A stretch of 62,616 nucleotides of DNA, counting the filler, from Aduncisulcus paluster (taxonomy: Eukaryota): the NCBI GenBank assembly GCA_024181965.1. It is 7 parts of 7 records of this genome, joined end to end, with 100 filler letters (N's around TTAATTAATTAA, not from the genome) between each part and the next. Parts side by side here need not be neighbours in the genome. Positions count along the whole stretch, not along the records: positions 24,286 to 34,179 come from BQXS01010903.1; positions 34,280 to 40,474 come from BQXS01010904.1; 5 more parts are not named here. One strand, 5' to 3'. The position numbers and the translations under genes were made by a program. Shown here piece by piece: positions 24,693-36,352 of this stretch (positions are counted from its first letter, which is position 1; each line of letters begins with the position of its first letter). A model generated the notes under the pieces. It was not told where the DNA came from. It did not search any database and saw only the letters and a program-made list of their open reading frames with translations.

Positions 24693-27600
24693 TTATATAT
24701 GAGCCGATGACCTTGTTTCTTCACTTCCATCATTCGTTGATGATTTTCCAGCAATATCAGCGACAGGTTGAGGTGGAATCGTGGCATGCAATAGAGATAG
24801 ATCGTCAGATGTGGTCACATTTGTTTGTAGAATTGATGTGGATGAAGAAATGTCTGGTTTTTCCTGGCCAATGTCAAACCCAGCTGATGTAGATTTGTTA
24901 GAGCTGCGCGAATAAGTGCTATAAAACGATTCAACGTCAGCAGGTTTAATTAAAGAGGATTTTTCCATCCGTAACAATTCTTCTAAACTGTCCTTTTCTC
25001 GATCGTTGTCCTTTTTTATCTTAATACGACGAATTAGACAAGTGACAAGGATAACAATAATGATTATGGCTGCAATTTCAATACAAATGATAATGACTTT
25101 GTTATGGCTGCATGAATCACCAAACCAATATCCCGAACAATTGCATGAAGTTTCGACGTTATTTTTATCACTTAAGGTTTTCTCACTTAATAAAACACAC
25201 ACGCCATGACCACTACAAACATTTTGGGGATCACACAAAATCTCACAAGCGTCGTCTAAATAAATCTCTTCACAGACACATTCACGGGATATAACATTGC
25301 AACTTCCATGGTCTGATCCTGAACACTCAAGACCATTGATTGGCGAAATGGGACAAGCGGCTGAACAAGAATCACCAAACCATCCATCATAACATGAACA
25401 AATCGGAGAACTGGTGGCAGAAGAAGAAAAAGAATAGTCTGAGTAGTCTTCAAAATATGAATCACCGCTAATACTGCTGGTCATGGTATTGGTTATCTCG
25501 CACTGACCATGGTCTCCATAACAACCCAAGCACTCGTCATTTGAAGCAAGAACGCAAGATCCATCGGAATCTTGATAATAGCCAGCTCCACAGATACACT
25601 CTTCCGTAATACCGTCAGATTCCAAGGCACATACAAGGAAAGAGTCGGTATAATCACATTGATATGAAGAATCATTTCCTCCACACGTAAGGTCTTCATT
25701 TAGATAGACAATTGTAATGCCAAAAGACTCAGACAACGCTTCACAAGGGTCTTCGTCTATCGTATCAGACGTGTCAAGTTCAAGAAAGATACCAGCATCA
25801 ACAGCAGCAATAGTATCAGAAGAATTACATGGAAGTTTGTTATAAGAGACATCAATGTAACTAATGTTAGGGAGAGAATTGATCAATATCTCGACAAGAC
25901 CAGGATCCCCAATGTCATTCCCACTCAGATCAATGGAATACACGCCAGATAATGATAATACCTGTCCAATGAATGAAGGGTCTCGAATATTATTCCCAGA
26001 TAACACAATATCTGTCAGAGTTACAGAAAGAGGGTATATAGACGAATAATTAGAGCACACCCCACAGCAGATAGCTAGGTTATCAAAGGTAGACACGAAT
26101 AGAGAGAAAGCGTAGAAAGAATAATATTTTATCGAGCTTCCATCGACTTCTTCAGTGTTTTGAACAATGCCAGGTGTGTTAGAAACTTCAATACTTCTTA
26201 GATTACACAATCCAACACAGATTGTCTTTGTTGAATCGAAATCGTCCATGGATTCGACATAATTCTTCAAGGAAGATATCTCATTTGTCAGAGTTGTAAT
26301 CAAATTGTAATCCATTTTGGTTAGAGAGTCAAATGTCAGCGAATATAAGGAAGAAAGATAAGCGATAGGAGAGAGATCAAATATGTATTCATTGCCAGCC
26401 TCAAATATTAACACTTCAAGACTTGACGCGTTCTCAAGACCATCAAGAGTCTTCACATTATTAGGAATGGACAAATAGGTAACACTAGTCAATTGTTCAA
26501 CAGTAATACCATAATACACAGATGTTTTTTTACACGTGTCAGTGTCATACAGTTGTGAACAGATGGCTTGAACAAGATTCTGATTCATACCTTGATCAAT
26601 CAGTGTGGCACCGGTTGTTATGGAACATAAGAATCCCGTATGGCCTGACGAGGTGCATGTACAAACGTGAGACAATGCGTCACATCCGTTACAATACTCA
26701 CCATGGCAACGTTGTCCATTAACATCCTCAGGACATTTCGAAGAACAATCGGAACCATACCATCCATATAAACACGACAAACCCAAGTAATCAGCATCAA
26801 CATTTGACACAAGGGTAGACTCAGCCCCAATGCAGGTCATGTTATTAAGAAGACCGTCATAGCACAGCTCAAACATGTTTTTGTTGACTATAGGATCAAA
26901 TATAACACACGAATCGTCAGAAACTTCACCAAATGGATTCATAACATTATGATACGATACACTAGAACAAGAAATCACAAATGTGTTCGGCCAAGACTCG
27001 ATGCAAACAAGAGATTTGAATGAGTATGGTGATGTTTGGTTGAATGAAGTTGAACCAGCTAATGATAACTGTTCGCATTTACATGAATTATTATCAAAGA
27101 CAAAAGATGGGTTCTCTGCAGAGAAATGGGATGAAAACTCGATCAAACCATACGAATCCATCCCACAAATGAAATTGCCACTCATGTCAAGAGTTTCTAA
27201 CGTGTTTGAGAAGACATATAGAGGGGTAGGGTCAGAAAATACATTGTTGGAAATGGAAAGGGATTTCAAATGTGATAGATTTGTAAATGGCATCATAGAA
27301 ATAACATCATTGGAAGACGTGAAGGTCATTCCCATGTTATTCAGAGACAGATAGATTACGTGTGAGATGGAATCTAGATCTGCAGATGAGATATCAGTGA
27401 GATATTTACAATCGTCTGCAATGAGAGTAACAACAGAAGGAATAACGCCAGTAAATGACGAAATAGTTGTGTCGGAAACGTTAAGTGATTTCAAAAAAAA
27501 CAACCCTTTGCCATCTGGACCGCATAAGTTGTCAAAGAAATCAGGGAAAGCCAATAAGCAACACGACGATACATTTAAATCAATCAAAGTATTGGGGAAC

Positions 27601-30600
27601 AAATTGGGAACACTCAAAGAATACATATCATTCTTCGACAAATCAAGGGAATATAAAGTAATAAAACGTGAGAAATCGGTATTAGGCTGTATTCTTTCGT
27701 TAATAAGAGATAAATACTTAATCGAGAGAGGGATTAAATCAATAGAATCGCTAGAAAGTGAGATACTGCCGTCGCCTGTTATTTCAAGGGTTTCAAGATT
27801 TGAAGCAAATGATAAACCAACCAAGGAATCAACAGGGTTAGAAATCACGAGAGAAGTAATGGATTCAAGGTCAGATATGGTCAAATCACACCCTGAGGCA
27901 TATGATAGAGTGTCACAAATGACATTGTGAAGATTATCATTCGGAATAGAAACATATTCACATTGATCTCCATAAAATACCCCTTCTTCACAAACACACT
28001 CACGGGAATCAGAGTCACAATCACCATGCCCATTGCACAAAACACCATCGAATAAAGGACACAGATATGTACAATCGTCACCGTATCTCCCAATTGGACA
28101 ACCACATTGTACAGTGTAACTTGATTCTTCCAGCACTGGGATAACTCCCAGCTGAGTGCATACGACAGACTCAATGTACTCGTTATCATCAGTCACATGG
28201 ACACAGAGGTTGTTTTCAATGTCCAAATAATACCCTTCAAAACACACAATATCATATATGCCACTGAAAGGAGACAATTCACGGCAGGTTTTATGCTCAG
28301 CAAATGATACATCTCCTTCACACATGCATGGCTGTTGTGAGTCAGCAATGACAGTGAAAGCATCGTTTGTGAAATAGTCGTTTAGAGCATCAATAACTCC
28401 GTCAATATCACAGATATAATTGTTGCTAATATCAAGAGTCTCAAGGGTGTCCGCTGGGAAAAGTTTATCACTGATGAGCAAAGAAACATCCGAAATAAAG
28501 TTGTTTGAGAGATCTAAATGCTGAAATCTGTAGGGGCTGACTTTGATAGACCCAGTAGTTGATGTCAAAATAGGTGGGTAAAATTGGATGATATCTTCGA
28601 TGGAATGTACCAGACAGTTAGAAACTGATAGAGTTGTCAGACCACTTGATAAATATCCATAATCGAAGTGTTGAGCCAAAGTTTTCAGAACAAATTGGTC
28701 ATATTGAACACGATAATCTGACCCATACAAAGCATAACCGTCCAACGAGAGCTCTGAAATACCAACATTAGTAACACCATCACTGGCAATTCCCATGGCA
28801 TACTCAAGTCCCTGAAGAGTTGTTATTGATGTCAGGTCATCTACAATGTCGCTGAGATCGAGAGAAGAGCAAGTCAAACCACTTCGCATGGTAGCAATGC
28901 TAATGATTCCATTAGACTCTGGCACAGCTCCACAGCTATCGATCAAATAAGCACGAATAGTATCATCATGAACAGTGAAACACTCACCATTCTCTCCTTC
29001 TTTGGCAATGAAAGAGCATTGCTTTCTCTCGTCCACATTATTATAGACTTCATTCAAGATAACTGATGGGCATTCAGAAACGACAGAAGGATCACAATTA
29101 TACGTTGCATCATCTTCGTTGCTCTTGTTCTTGTCATTGTTCCCATTGTCTTTGTTCGAAGAGGAGGAATTCAGAGGACATGATGTCTGAAGAATATTGT
29201 TGGCTTTTAATGATATTTTGCTCAGTGGTGAGCTATAAATAGAATCGGTATCATCAGAGAGATCAAGGACAGGAAGGACAGAGGACATGAACTGTAAGAA
29301 AGTGTCTGAATCCTCAGAATGGCAAAGAGGAATAGAAATTCCATCATCATCCGATAGAATCAAAGAATTGAGGCAAATATTCCTATACAATACAGAAATA
29401 TCAAATAAATGAGCATTCCCATAGACAATAGAGTCTATTATTCTCGAGGAAAAAACAAGGGAATTAATGGTGCTCACATCAATCTGGTAATCATCTCCAT
29501 ATGACACATTGGAATATGCAAAGAAAGAACCAATTCCAGATATTCCTGCGATATAGGAGATATCATCAATGGGGACATTACCCAAAAAGAACTGATATAT
29601 AGCCTTACAATATTGAAGGCCATAAAGAACATGAACATCACTTTTGGCAATGATACCAAAGTCAATCACTGTTCCCATTCCGAACTCGGTTGCATCACAC
29701 GTATGCAAAAGCTGAGTTTGATTGATGGCACTGCAAGCATACTTTCTGAACATCTCATCGGGGAAAAACAAGGAGTAAGGCGTTGTGCATGAATCACCAT
29801 ACCAAGCATACTCACAATCACAATCAATGGTGCTTTCGCCAGGGTTGAGCGTTGTCATTTGATTGACAAGGGCACCACAAACACCATTTCTGACAGCATC
29901 GTCAACAGAAGTCAAAGCTTCAACACAGTTCAACGATCCATCAAGTTCATAACCTTTTTCACATATTTTGGAGCAGGAATAATCATTCTTATTCAAGAAA
30001 TATCCATCAATGCATTCAATTGCCCATTTTCCTTCTTCAAGCTTGCGACATACCTTGTGCTCAGTAAATGATACATCTCCTTCACACATGCATGGCTGTT
30101 GTGAGTCAGCAATGACAGTGAAAGCATCGTTCGTGAAATAGTCGTTTAGAGCATCAATAACTCCGTCAATATCACAGATATAATTGTTGCTAATATCAAG
30201 AGTCTCAAGGGTGTCCGCTGGGAAAAGTTTATCACTGATGAGCAAAGAAACATCCGAAATAAAGTTGTTTGAGAGATCTAAATGCTGGATTTTGAACGGC
30301 TGCGTATAATTGTCCATATCTTTTCCTTCAATATTAGAATCGAAGATATCACTAAGTCTTGTCACACCACACTTATTCAATGATAGTGATGTGAGGCCAC
30401 AATCAATCGTCTTATCAAAAGTTGAATAATATATACTTCTTGAGAGTTTACGGATCACAAGAAGATCCATTTCATATGATTCATTGATATCTCCACTCAA
30501 GTCATACCCATCAAGGGTCAGAGATGTCAGACTTAATGGCATAGATGATTTATAGTCAGTATAGTCAGTATTCTGCGAGCTTGAACCAGAGGTTGAGTTA

Positions 30601-32072
30601 ATTAAAGGACTTTGTGCATACTCAAGTCCCTGAAGAGTTGTTATTGATGTCAGGTCATCTACAATGTCGCTGAGATCGAGAGAAGAGCAAGTCAAACCAC
30701 TTCGCATGGTAGCAATGCTAATGACTCCATTAGACTCTGGCACAGCTCCACAGCTATCGATCAAGTAAGCACGAATAGTATCATCATGAACAGTGAAACA
30801 CTCACCGTTCTCTCCTTCTTTGGCAATGAAAGAGCATTGCTTTTCGGCAGTAAACACGTTATAGACTTCATTCAAGATTGCAGATGGACAATAAATACCA
30901 TCACAAAAAAAGGGACTCCGAGCTGGATATTCATTCAACGGACAAATATTGGGAATGTATGATTCGATAACATTTGAATAATCACAATCGTGGAATGGGA
31001 ACACCGTTGACATGTACTCCCAATAATCGTTATCGTCCTCTGAATGACATAACGGGATGAATGAGTGCAACTGAGGGTTAGCTATAGTCAATGATTGCAT
31101 CATTATGTTACCGTAAAGTGGGGATATGTCGTAAATATGAATGTTTCCATTAATTGACATATTTAAGAGACGAGATCCAAGGAAAAAATCGGTGAGATCT
31201 GAAACATCAATGGAAAAACTCTCTGGAATGGAGTTCTGCATAATAATTGAAGGCAATCCGGGCATATACTGGAGTTGAGAAATATCATCAATTGGATTGT
31301 CGCTAATATCTATCGCTGATACACTTTTCAACCACTGAATACCCTCAAGACACTCAATGTTCGCAGAACTGGCATCAAAGGTATCAGAGAGGATATACAT
31401 ATCAAAATAAGACACGTTACAGACCGGAGAAGTGTAGCCTGTAGCTTCACAGATCAATTTTCTGAGGTTACTATCAGGAATATTGACTCCGAAGGCAGTT
31501 GACTGGGTAGTTGGTTGGAATAAAGAAATATCAGATGCAATATCAAGGTCTTCAACATTATTGTTGGGTTGGGATGGGTTAAGTTGGTGTGGATAGGCTG
31601 GTATAAAGAAGATAGGGAGAATCAGTAGAAAAAGTGGTATAATTGTTTTCATGGATTTGTAATAGGTAGGAAATAGGCGTAAAATAGAAGATAAAATGCA
31701 GGAAATGGTACTAATAATGGATTTAAATAATTTAGAAATGAAAGAAGTCAATTCAAGGATCCTGGATATTATGGTATGATTAAATGGGAAAATGGACAAA
31801 ATACTGATATAAAGTAAATAATAAATCAACCTTGAATTATTGAAAGGATATAGAATTTTCGAATAAGAGGTAGAACATTGATTAGACCCTTTTCTTTGAC
31901 AATGAGCATAGAGAACACTTTCTTCAATGGCTACATCGTGAAATAAATAGTAACTAAGTTGGTAAATATCAGGGATAATAATAAATAAAATGAAAGCAAG
32001 ATAAAAAAGGGAAGTCAGAGTGAAAACTTGTTTGGGTTCAAAACTCGTTCGGTATGACATATTGATGGTCAT
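24693..32072 (-). CDS. Type-I membrane LRR + EGF-like cysteine-rich surface protein
   Basis: Internalin-like caps (IPDSNLRKLIC, FPDEMFRKYAC, IPNDNLHNVIC), LRRs (LDLSNNFISDVS, LDISNNYICDI), EGF modules (CxCxxGWxGxxC), and a TM helix IIICIEIAAIIIIVILVTCLIRR. The signal-peptide-like MKTIIPLFLLILPIFFIP at 31652 may be the true start. Confidence 0.9.
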   Translation of the reverse strand: MTINMSYRTSFEPKQVFTLTSLFYLAFILFIIIPDIYQLSYYLFHDVAIEESVLYAHCQRKGSNQCSTSYSKILYPFNNSRLIYYLLYISILSIFPFNHTIISRILELTSFISKLFKSIISTISCILSSILRLFPTYYKSMKTIIPLFLLILPIFFIPAYPHQLNPSQPNNNVEDLDIASDISLFQPTTQSTAFGVNIPDSNLRKLICEATGYTSPVCNVSYFDMYILSDTFDASSANIECLEGIQWLKSVSAIDISDNPIDDISQLQYMPGLPSIIMQNSIPESFSIDVSDLTDFFLGSRLLNMSINGNIHIYDISPLYGNIMMQSLTIANPQLHSFIPLCHSEDDNDYWEYMSTVFPFHDCDYSNVIESYIPNICPLNEYPARSPFFCDGIYCPSAILNEVYNVFTAEKQCSFIAKEGENGECFTVHDDTIRAYLIDSCGAVPESNGVISIATMRSGLTCSSLDLSDIVDDLTSITTLQGLEYAQSPLINSTSGSSSQNTDYTDYKSSMPLSLTSLTLDGYDLSGDINESYEMDLLVIRKLSRSIYYSTFDKTIDCGLTSLSLNKCGVTRLSDIFDSNIEGKDMDNYTQPFKIQHLDLSNNFISDVSLLISDKLFPADTLETLDISNNYICDIDGVIDALNDYFTNDAFTVIADSQQPCMCEGDVSFTEHKVCRKLEEGKWAIECIDGYFLNKNDYSCSKICEKGYELDGSLNCVEALTSVDDAVRNGVCGALVNQMTTLNPGESTIDCDCEYAWYGDSCTTPYSLFFPDEMFRKYACSAINQTQLLHTCDATEFGMGTVIDFGIIAKSDVHVLYGLQYCKAIYQFFLGNVPIDDISYIAGISGIGSFFAYSNVSYGDDYQIDVSTINSLVFSSRIIDSIVYGNAHLFDISVLYRNICLNSLILSDDDGISIPLCHSEDSDTFLQFMSSVLPVLDLSDDTDSIYSSPLSKISLKANNILQTSCPLNSSSSNKDNGNNDKNKSNEDDATYNCDPSVVSECPSVILNEVYNNVDERKQCSFIAKEGENGECFTVHDDTIRAYLIDSCGAVPESNGIISIATMRSGLTCSSLDLSDIVDDLTSITTLQGLEYAMGIASDGVTNVGISELSLDGYALYGSDYRVQYDQFVLKTLAQHFDYGYLSSGLTTLSVSNCLVHSIEDIIQFYPPILTSTTGSIKVSPYRFQHLDLSNNFISDVSLLISDKLFPADTLETLDISNNYICDIDGVIDALNDYFTNDAFTVIADSQQPCMCEGDVSFAEHKTCRELSPFSGIYDIVCFEGYYLDIENNLCVHVTDDNEYIESVVCTQLGVIPVLEESSYTVQCGCPIGRYGDDCTYLCPLFDGVLCNGHGDCDSDSRECVCEEGVFYGDQCEYVSIPNDNLHNVICDTLSYASGCDLTISDLESITSLVISNPVDSLVGLSFASNLETLEITGDGSISLSSDSIDLIPLSIKYLSLINERIQPNTDFSRFITLYSLDLSKNDMYSLSVPNLFPNTLIDLNVSSCCLLAFPDFFDNLCGPDGKGLFFLKSLNVSDTTISSFTGVIPSVVTLIADDCKYLTDISSADLDSISHVIYLSLNNMGMTFTSSNDVISMMPFTNLSHLKSLSISNNVFSDPTPLYVFSNTLETLDMSGNFICGMDSYGLIEFSSHFSAENPSFVFDNNSCKCEQLSLAGSTSFNQTSPYSFKSLVCIESWPNTFVISCSSVSYHNVMNPFGEVSDDSCVIFDPIVNKNMFELCYDGLLNNMTCIGAESTLVSNVDADYLGLSCLYGWYGSDCSSKCPEDVNGQRCHGEYCNGCDALSHVCTCTSSGHTGFLCSITTGATLIDQGMNQNLVQAICSQLYDTDTCKKTSVYYGITVEQLTSVTYLSIPNNVKTLDGLENASSLEVLIFEAGNEYIFDLSPIAYLSSLYSLTFDSLTKMDYNLITTLTNEISSLKNYVESMDDFDSTKTICVGLCNLRSIEVSNTPGIVQNTEEVDGSSIKYYSFYAFSLFVSTFDNLAICCGVCSNYSSIYPLSVTLTDIVLSGNNIRDPSFIGQVLSLSGVYSIDLSGNDIGDPGLVEILINSLPNISYIDVSYNKLPCNSSDTIAAVDAGIFLELDTSDTIDEDPCEALSESFGITIVYLNEDLTCGGNDSSYQCDYTDSFLVCALESDGITEECICGAGYYQDSDGSCVLASNDECLGCYGDHGQCEITNTMTSSISGDSYFEDYSDYSFSSSATSSPICSCYDGWFGDSCSAACPISPINGLECSGSDHGSCNVISRECVCEEIYLDDACEILCDPQNVCSGHGVCVLLSEKTLSDKNNVETSCNCSGYWFGDSCSHNKVIIICIEIAAIIIIVILVTCLIRRIKIKKDNDREKDSLEELLRMEKSSLIKPADVESFYSTYSRSSNKSTSAGFDIGQEKPDISSSTSILQTNVTTSDDLSLLHATIPPQPVADIAGKSSTNDGSEETRSSAHI
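28294..30843. repeat. Two pairs of near-identical ~230-bp internal repeats (28294-28523 = 30058-30287; 28798-29025 = 30616-30843)
   Basis: Direct nucleotide comparison shows only a few substitutions per pair, while the intervening sequence is diverged. Confidence 0.9.
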
Positions 32073-32433
32073 TACTGGTAATAAATTGCAATATATATTT
32101 CAAAATGTAAGTATGGTCAGAAAAAAAGTTGCAAAGTAGACAATAGTCGATCCATTCGTATACTGTGTGATATGGTGAGTATTGTGTAATTAATATTTCT
32201 GGAAAATATTTTTGAAATATTGTACATAAATTTTTATAAATTTATTAATTCCATATATGGTCCAATCAATCACTTTCAACTATCTCTATGGGAGATTCGA
32301 CCAGACTCTAATATTGTGAGTCACAGTTATTTATATCAAAATATAAATACGTTTTCGTTATGAAAATAGAAAAATTTTGGGAGAAAATTTGGCGAAATGA
32401 AAATTTGATTTTTTTCGCTCAAAGCAACAAGTT

Positions 32434-34179
32434 ATGTATGAAAACAGTTTTTCTGTTACTTTATATGTATTGAATAGTAGCAAAAATGGGTGGATTGAGG
32501 CCGAACAAATCGCATCTTCTTTACCACCGTCTCATCGTCCCAAACAGACGCTTCATTTTTTTTGTAATGCTTCCAACCAACCATTATTATCAACAATAGA
32601 CATGATATGTGGAAATTCGATAGTTTTTACGGCGGGTCCAAGTTTTTCCTTTAATTTTATGAATTCAACAGCCATTGCGATTATAGACAGGCATGGAAGT
32701 TATGTCTGTGATTTCGAAGATAAATCTGAGGCCCAAAGTGCATATAAATTTCTAATAGCCTTCAATAAGAGTTTTGTAAGGTCTCCCCCTCCCCCACCAC
32801 CTGCTGATCATAAACGCATGCAAGATGATAGTTATCTTGGCATTGAATCCACTTTAGAGGGTCAATACGAACCTCATACAACAAAGATATCCCCTGAGAC
32901 TCCGGTTGCTCTGACTCCTGATGATGTGAGTTCAGTTGAAAGAGAACCATATCAATCTCCTGAAGAATACATTATGCATGAAAAACATGATGAATTGATT
33001 GATCCCGTTGAACAAAAACGTCTTGCAAAGATCGCTCAAGCAGAAGAGAAGAAACGGAAGAAAGAAGAAGAAAAAAGGAAGAAAGAAGAAGAAAAAAGGA
33101 AGAAAGAAGAGGCAAAACGCCATGCTGCTGAGAACAAACGTCGTAGAGCTCGTGGACTCCCAACTCTATCGGGAAGAAGAAGAAGAAGCTCAATATGCTG
33201 AACAAGACCATGGCAACAATACAACCGGTATTGACACTGAATCTAAGATATCTGATGCCCATTCTGAACCCTTTTCTGGTCCCATGTATGTTGATTATCA
33301 AGATGAATCGAGTCAAGAGCATGAACCAGCATATACCCCTCTCACAGCCGCTGCTCTAAAACGAATTAATAGTGGGGAGATCCAAGCAATGTCGTTGGAT
33401 GCCAGACCAGATCCTGATTCAATGCTTCCTCCTCCTCTTTCTCCCTCACATCGAATGTCACAGCTCTCTCATCATTCAACCGCTGTCCATGACCAATCGT
33501 CACAAGCACCGATTGGTGGGTCAAACAATATGGATATGTCTTCTCGCCCTTCTCAACTGGCACATGAATACGAATCCACTGATCCACCTCATCTGGTCTC
33601 CAATCCTTTGTTTACACATGTTCTTGACCTCGAAAAGGAGAGACAGTGGCTTGGAGAGTCAGGAAAAGAGGGTGGAAAAGGAAGAGAGAGACAATGGGAA
33701 ACATCAAGACTTAAACAGCGGCTCAATCGTAGTGAAAGGCAACGTGATAATCAAGAGTATACTGAAGAACATGCTCCAAAAACTGTATCATCAACGGCAG
33801 AGGTTGATAGGAAAAGTGCTGACATGCAACATACCACAGACTCAACTGATAATGGTCAACATACTTCAAGTAGGATGGGTATAAGCACAACGAGCACCAC
33901 AGGTACAACGGACGGAACAACAACGGATGGAACGAGTGAGGTTGATAGTATGTACACTTTCAGGCGTCGTATAGGTCATTACGACCCTCTCTCTGACGAA
34001 TGGGGCAGTGTGGTTGGTGTCACTGGCAGTGCCATTGATGGAGAGAGAGAAACCATGGGAATTGATGGCACACGTGATATTCCTGTTGATCTCACACATG
34101 AAGGAATGGAAAGGCAAGAACAACAGGAAGAGAAATGTGTCGATGGTACAGTTGTTGCCCAAGATTCAAATATTGTGGA
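32434..34179 (+). CDS. EVH1/PH-like domain protein with polyproline, a K/E coil and a disordered tail; one frameshift at ~33170; 3'-partial
   Basis: The N-terminal VTLYVLNSSKNGW...YVCDFEDKSEAQSAYKFL pattern resembles the WH1/RanBD/PH fold and is followed by PPPPPP. Removing one G in tcggg joins GLPTLS to EEEEAQY of ORF 32999. Confidence 0.55.
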
Positions 34180-34279
34180 NNNNNNNNNNNNNNNNNNNNN
34201 NNNNNNNNNNNNNNNNNNNNNNNTTAATTAATTAANNNNNNNNNNNNNNNNNNNNNNNNNNNNNNNNNNNNNNNNNNNN

Positions 34280-36200
34280 CACTCATACGCTCATCTTCAT
34301 CGAGTTGGGTGAGTCCTGTGAAAACTTCATTCAAACATGCATGAACAGGTTGGAATTTACCTCCTTCAATGGTTAATAAAGATCGAAACAAGGGAGATCG
34401 GAGAAGAGATGGAGACATTATTTTCCATCAGATCAATAAGAGTTTTCATGATTCTAACAACTTCTCTGAATAATGGCAATGAAACAAAGGGATGTTCACA
34501 TATGAATAAAGCGAGAATCGACATTCCAAGAGAATATCCATCACTCTTCTGAGTTTGAGTTCCAGCAAAAAGTGTTTCATAGGAATTGTACACAAGAGTT
34601 ACACATTTGGAGGCTTTTTGTTTCGAGGTTTCCTTTTTTTCTTTCTTTTCAAACTCAATGGGTTGAATCAAACCTGATTTGGTAGTTGATGAAGATGATA
34701 TAGAATCTAAGATCTGTGCCAATCCAAGATCAGAGAGAACAACAGTACATTTCTTTGAATCAGGATCAAAACGAACAAGGAAGTTGTCAGGTTTAATATC
34801 TCGATGGATAAGTCTCCTATTTGCTGTAAACACATCATCAAGACACTCAATCATCCCAACACAGAGAGCACTCACTCTCAGAGGATTCAGTGTCATGGGA
34901 TCAATATGAGTTGTGTCATGTTCACTCTTGGAAGAAGAAGAAGAATATTCGGATTCAGAATATTCCTCATCATTTTCACTCTCATCTCTAACATCCTTTG
35001 CTTTTAAATACTTGCCATCAGCACACCAACTCCTTGCAAAGTCCCTAACACTACCTCCAGCACAATATTCCATGATAAATCCATATATACCTTTCATATC
35101 TGCATCAAGAAGATCAAGAATATACAAAGGACGTGGGATACGATTGAAATATTCTGGGCAGTTAAACAACCTTTGTTGCATCTTGAACTCCTTTCGACAT
35201 CCGTTGACAACCCATTCATCAGCTTCACGGAGCATTTTCTTCAGAACACAAGGAATAGGAATACCTTCAACCTTGACAAGAATAACTTCACCAATCCACC
35301 ATGACCAATGATGCACTGAGGAGTGATGGTTGCAGAGGAAGTGAGAGTGAAGGAGTCATGTTTGATAAGTTTGGAAGAATCGGATGGGAGAGGAGGAATA
35401 CCATCACTTGTGATGAAAATAAGGGATTTGATTTGAAAAGATCGACGGTTTTTCTCTCTCCGCCTTCCTTTTCCTTGAATCTCACATAAAACAACATTTA
35501 GCAAATCAATAGGAAGGAAGTGACATTCATAGCCATGTTTAGGTTTTGTAAATTCATACTTTTTGGAAATCTTCTTACCATCAGAAAGAGTAAAAGTGAA
35601 GAGAAGAGAGGGTGAACTACCATCTTAATCCACACAAATATAAGCACCTATAATTGGGCTTGGTGCTGGAAAAGGAATGGAAATATGGGATAAGCTGACA
35701 GCCCCTTCTCCTTTTAACATTCTTTGTGCTTCGAAACTCTTATATTGACTTAATTCCTTCCTATTTGAATCATCTTTTGCCTTTACCAATTCAAATGAAG
35801 GATTAATTATTGCTGAATTATCACGGGGAATAGGAATAAAATCATCTTTCCAGTATTCATGAATTCTGGCTTAGAAATTGGCTGAAATTTGATACAAAAA
35901 TCATTGAAATATAATAAAGCAAATAAAAAAAAACACAAGAATCATAAGATTTGTGAATAAATTAAAGGTTTCCCTTCAATATTTATAAACAAACAAATAA
36001 GTAAAAACATACAGTTTCTGCCCAGCAACGTTCATGCACTTCACGAGCAGTACGTTCCTCGGAGGTTTCTTCTCGGATAAAAACAAGAGATTCTATGTTA
36101 AATACTCGACTATTTTTCTTTTCCCACGTTCCTTCCCTCGAATCCCACACTATTCGACATCAGCCAAATCAATAGGAAGAAAGAACCATTCATGAGTGAA
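34280..36200 (-). pseudogene. Domain-plus-kinase family pseudogene with one intron (35882-36012)
   Basis: HRDIKPDN and DLG kinase motifs; a 1-nt deletion in the Gly loop (~35293); a frameshift at ~34420; an in-frame TAA at 35625-35627; upstream domain remnants (HEWFFLPIDLADV; MLKGEGAVSLSHISIP). Confidence 0.85.
35882..36012 (-). other. Spliceosomal intron, 131 nt, GTATGT...CAG, phase 0
   Basis: Removal joins CWAET|PISKPEF, matching the paralog LWSEAPVVKPEF. Confidence 0.85.
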
Positions 36201-36352
36201 ACAATTTCCGCAATACTCCCCTTTAATCACTTATCTTGGGCATCAAGAAGAAGCCCAAAAATAATCATAAAGACAAATATAGAAGATAAATACCAACGCC
36301 CAAAGTCAATCATTAAAATCGAACCAGAATATTCAGATAGATATCATGCGAT

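Noticed and set aside
33165-35297. Single-base frameshifts as programmed frameshifting
   Set aside because: They fall in short homopolymers with no shared slippery motif. Sequencing error or pseudogene decay is simpler.
35625-35627. In-frame TAA/TAG suggesting a TAR=Gln genetic code
   Set aside because: The 3271-aa dynein and other long genes have no in-frame TAR, and TAA ends genes. These stops are confined to decayed copies.
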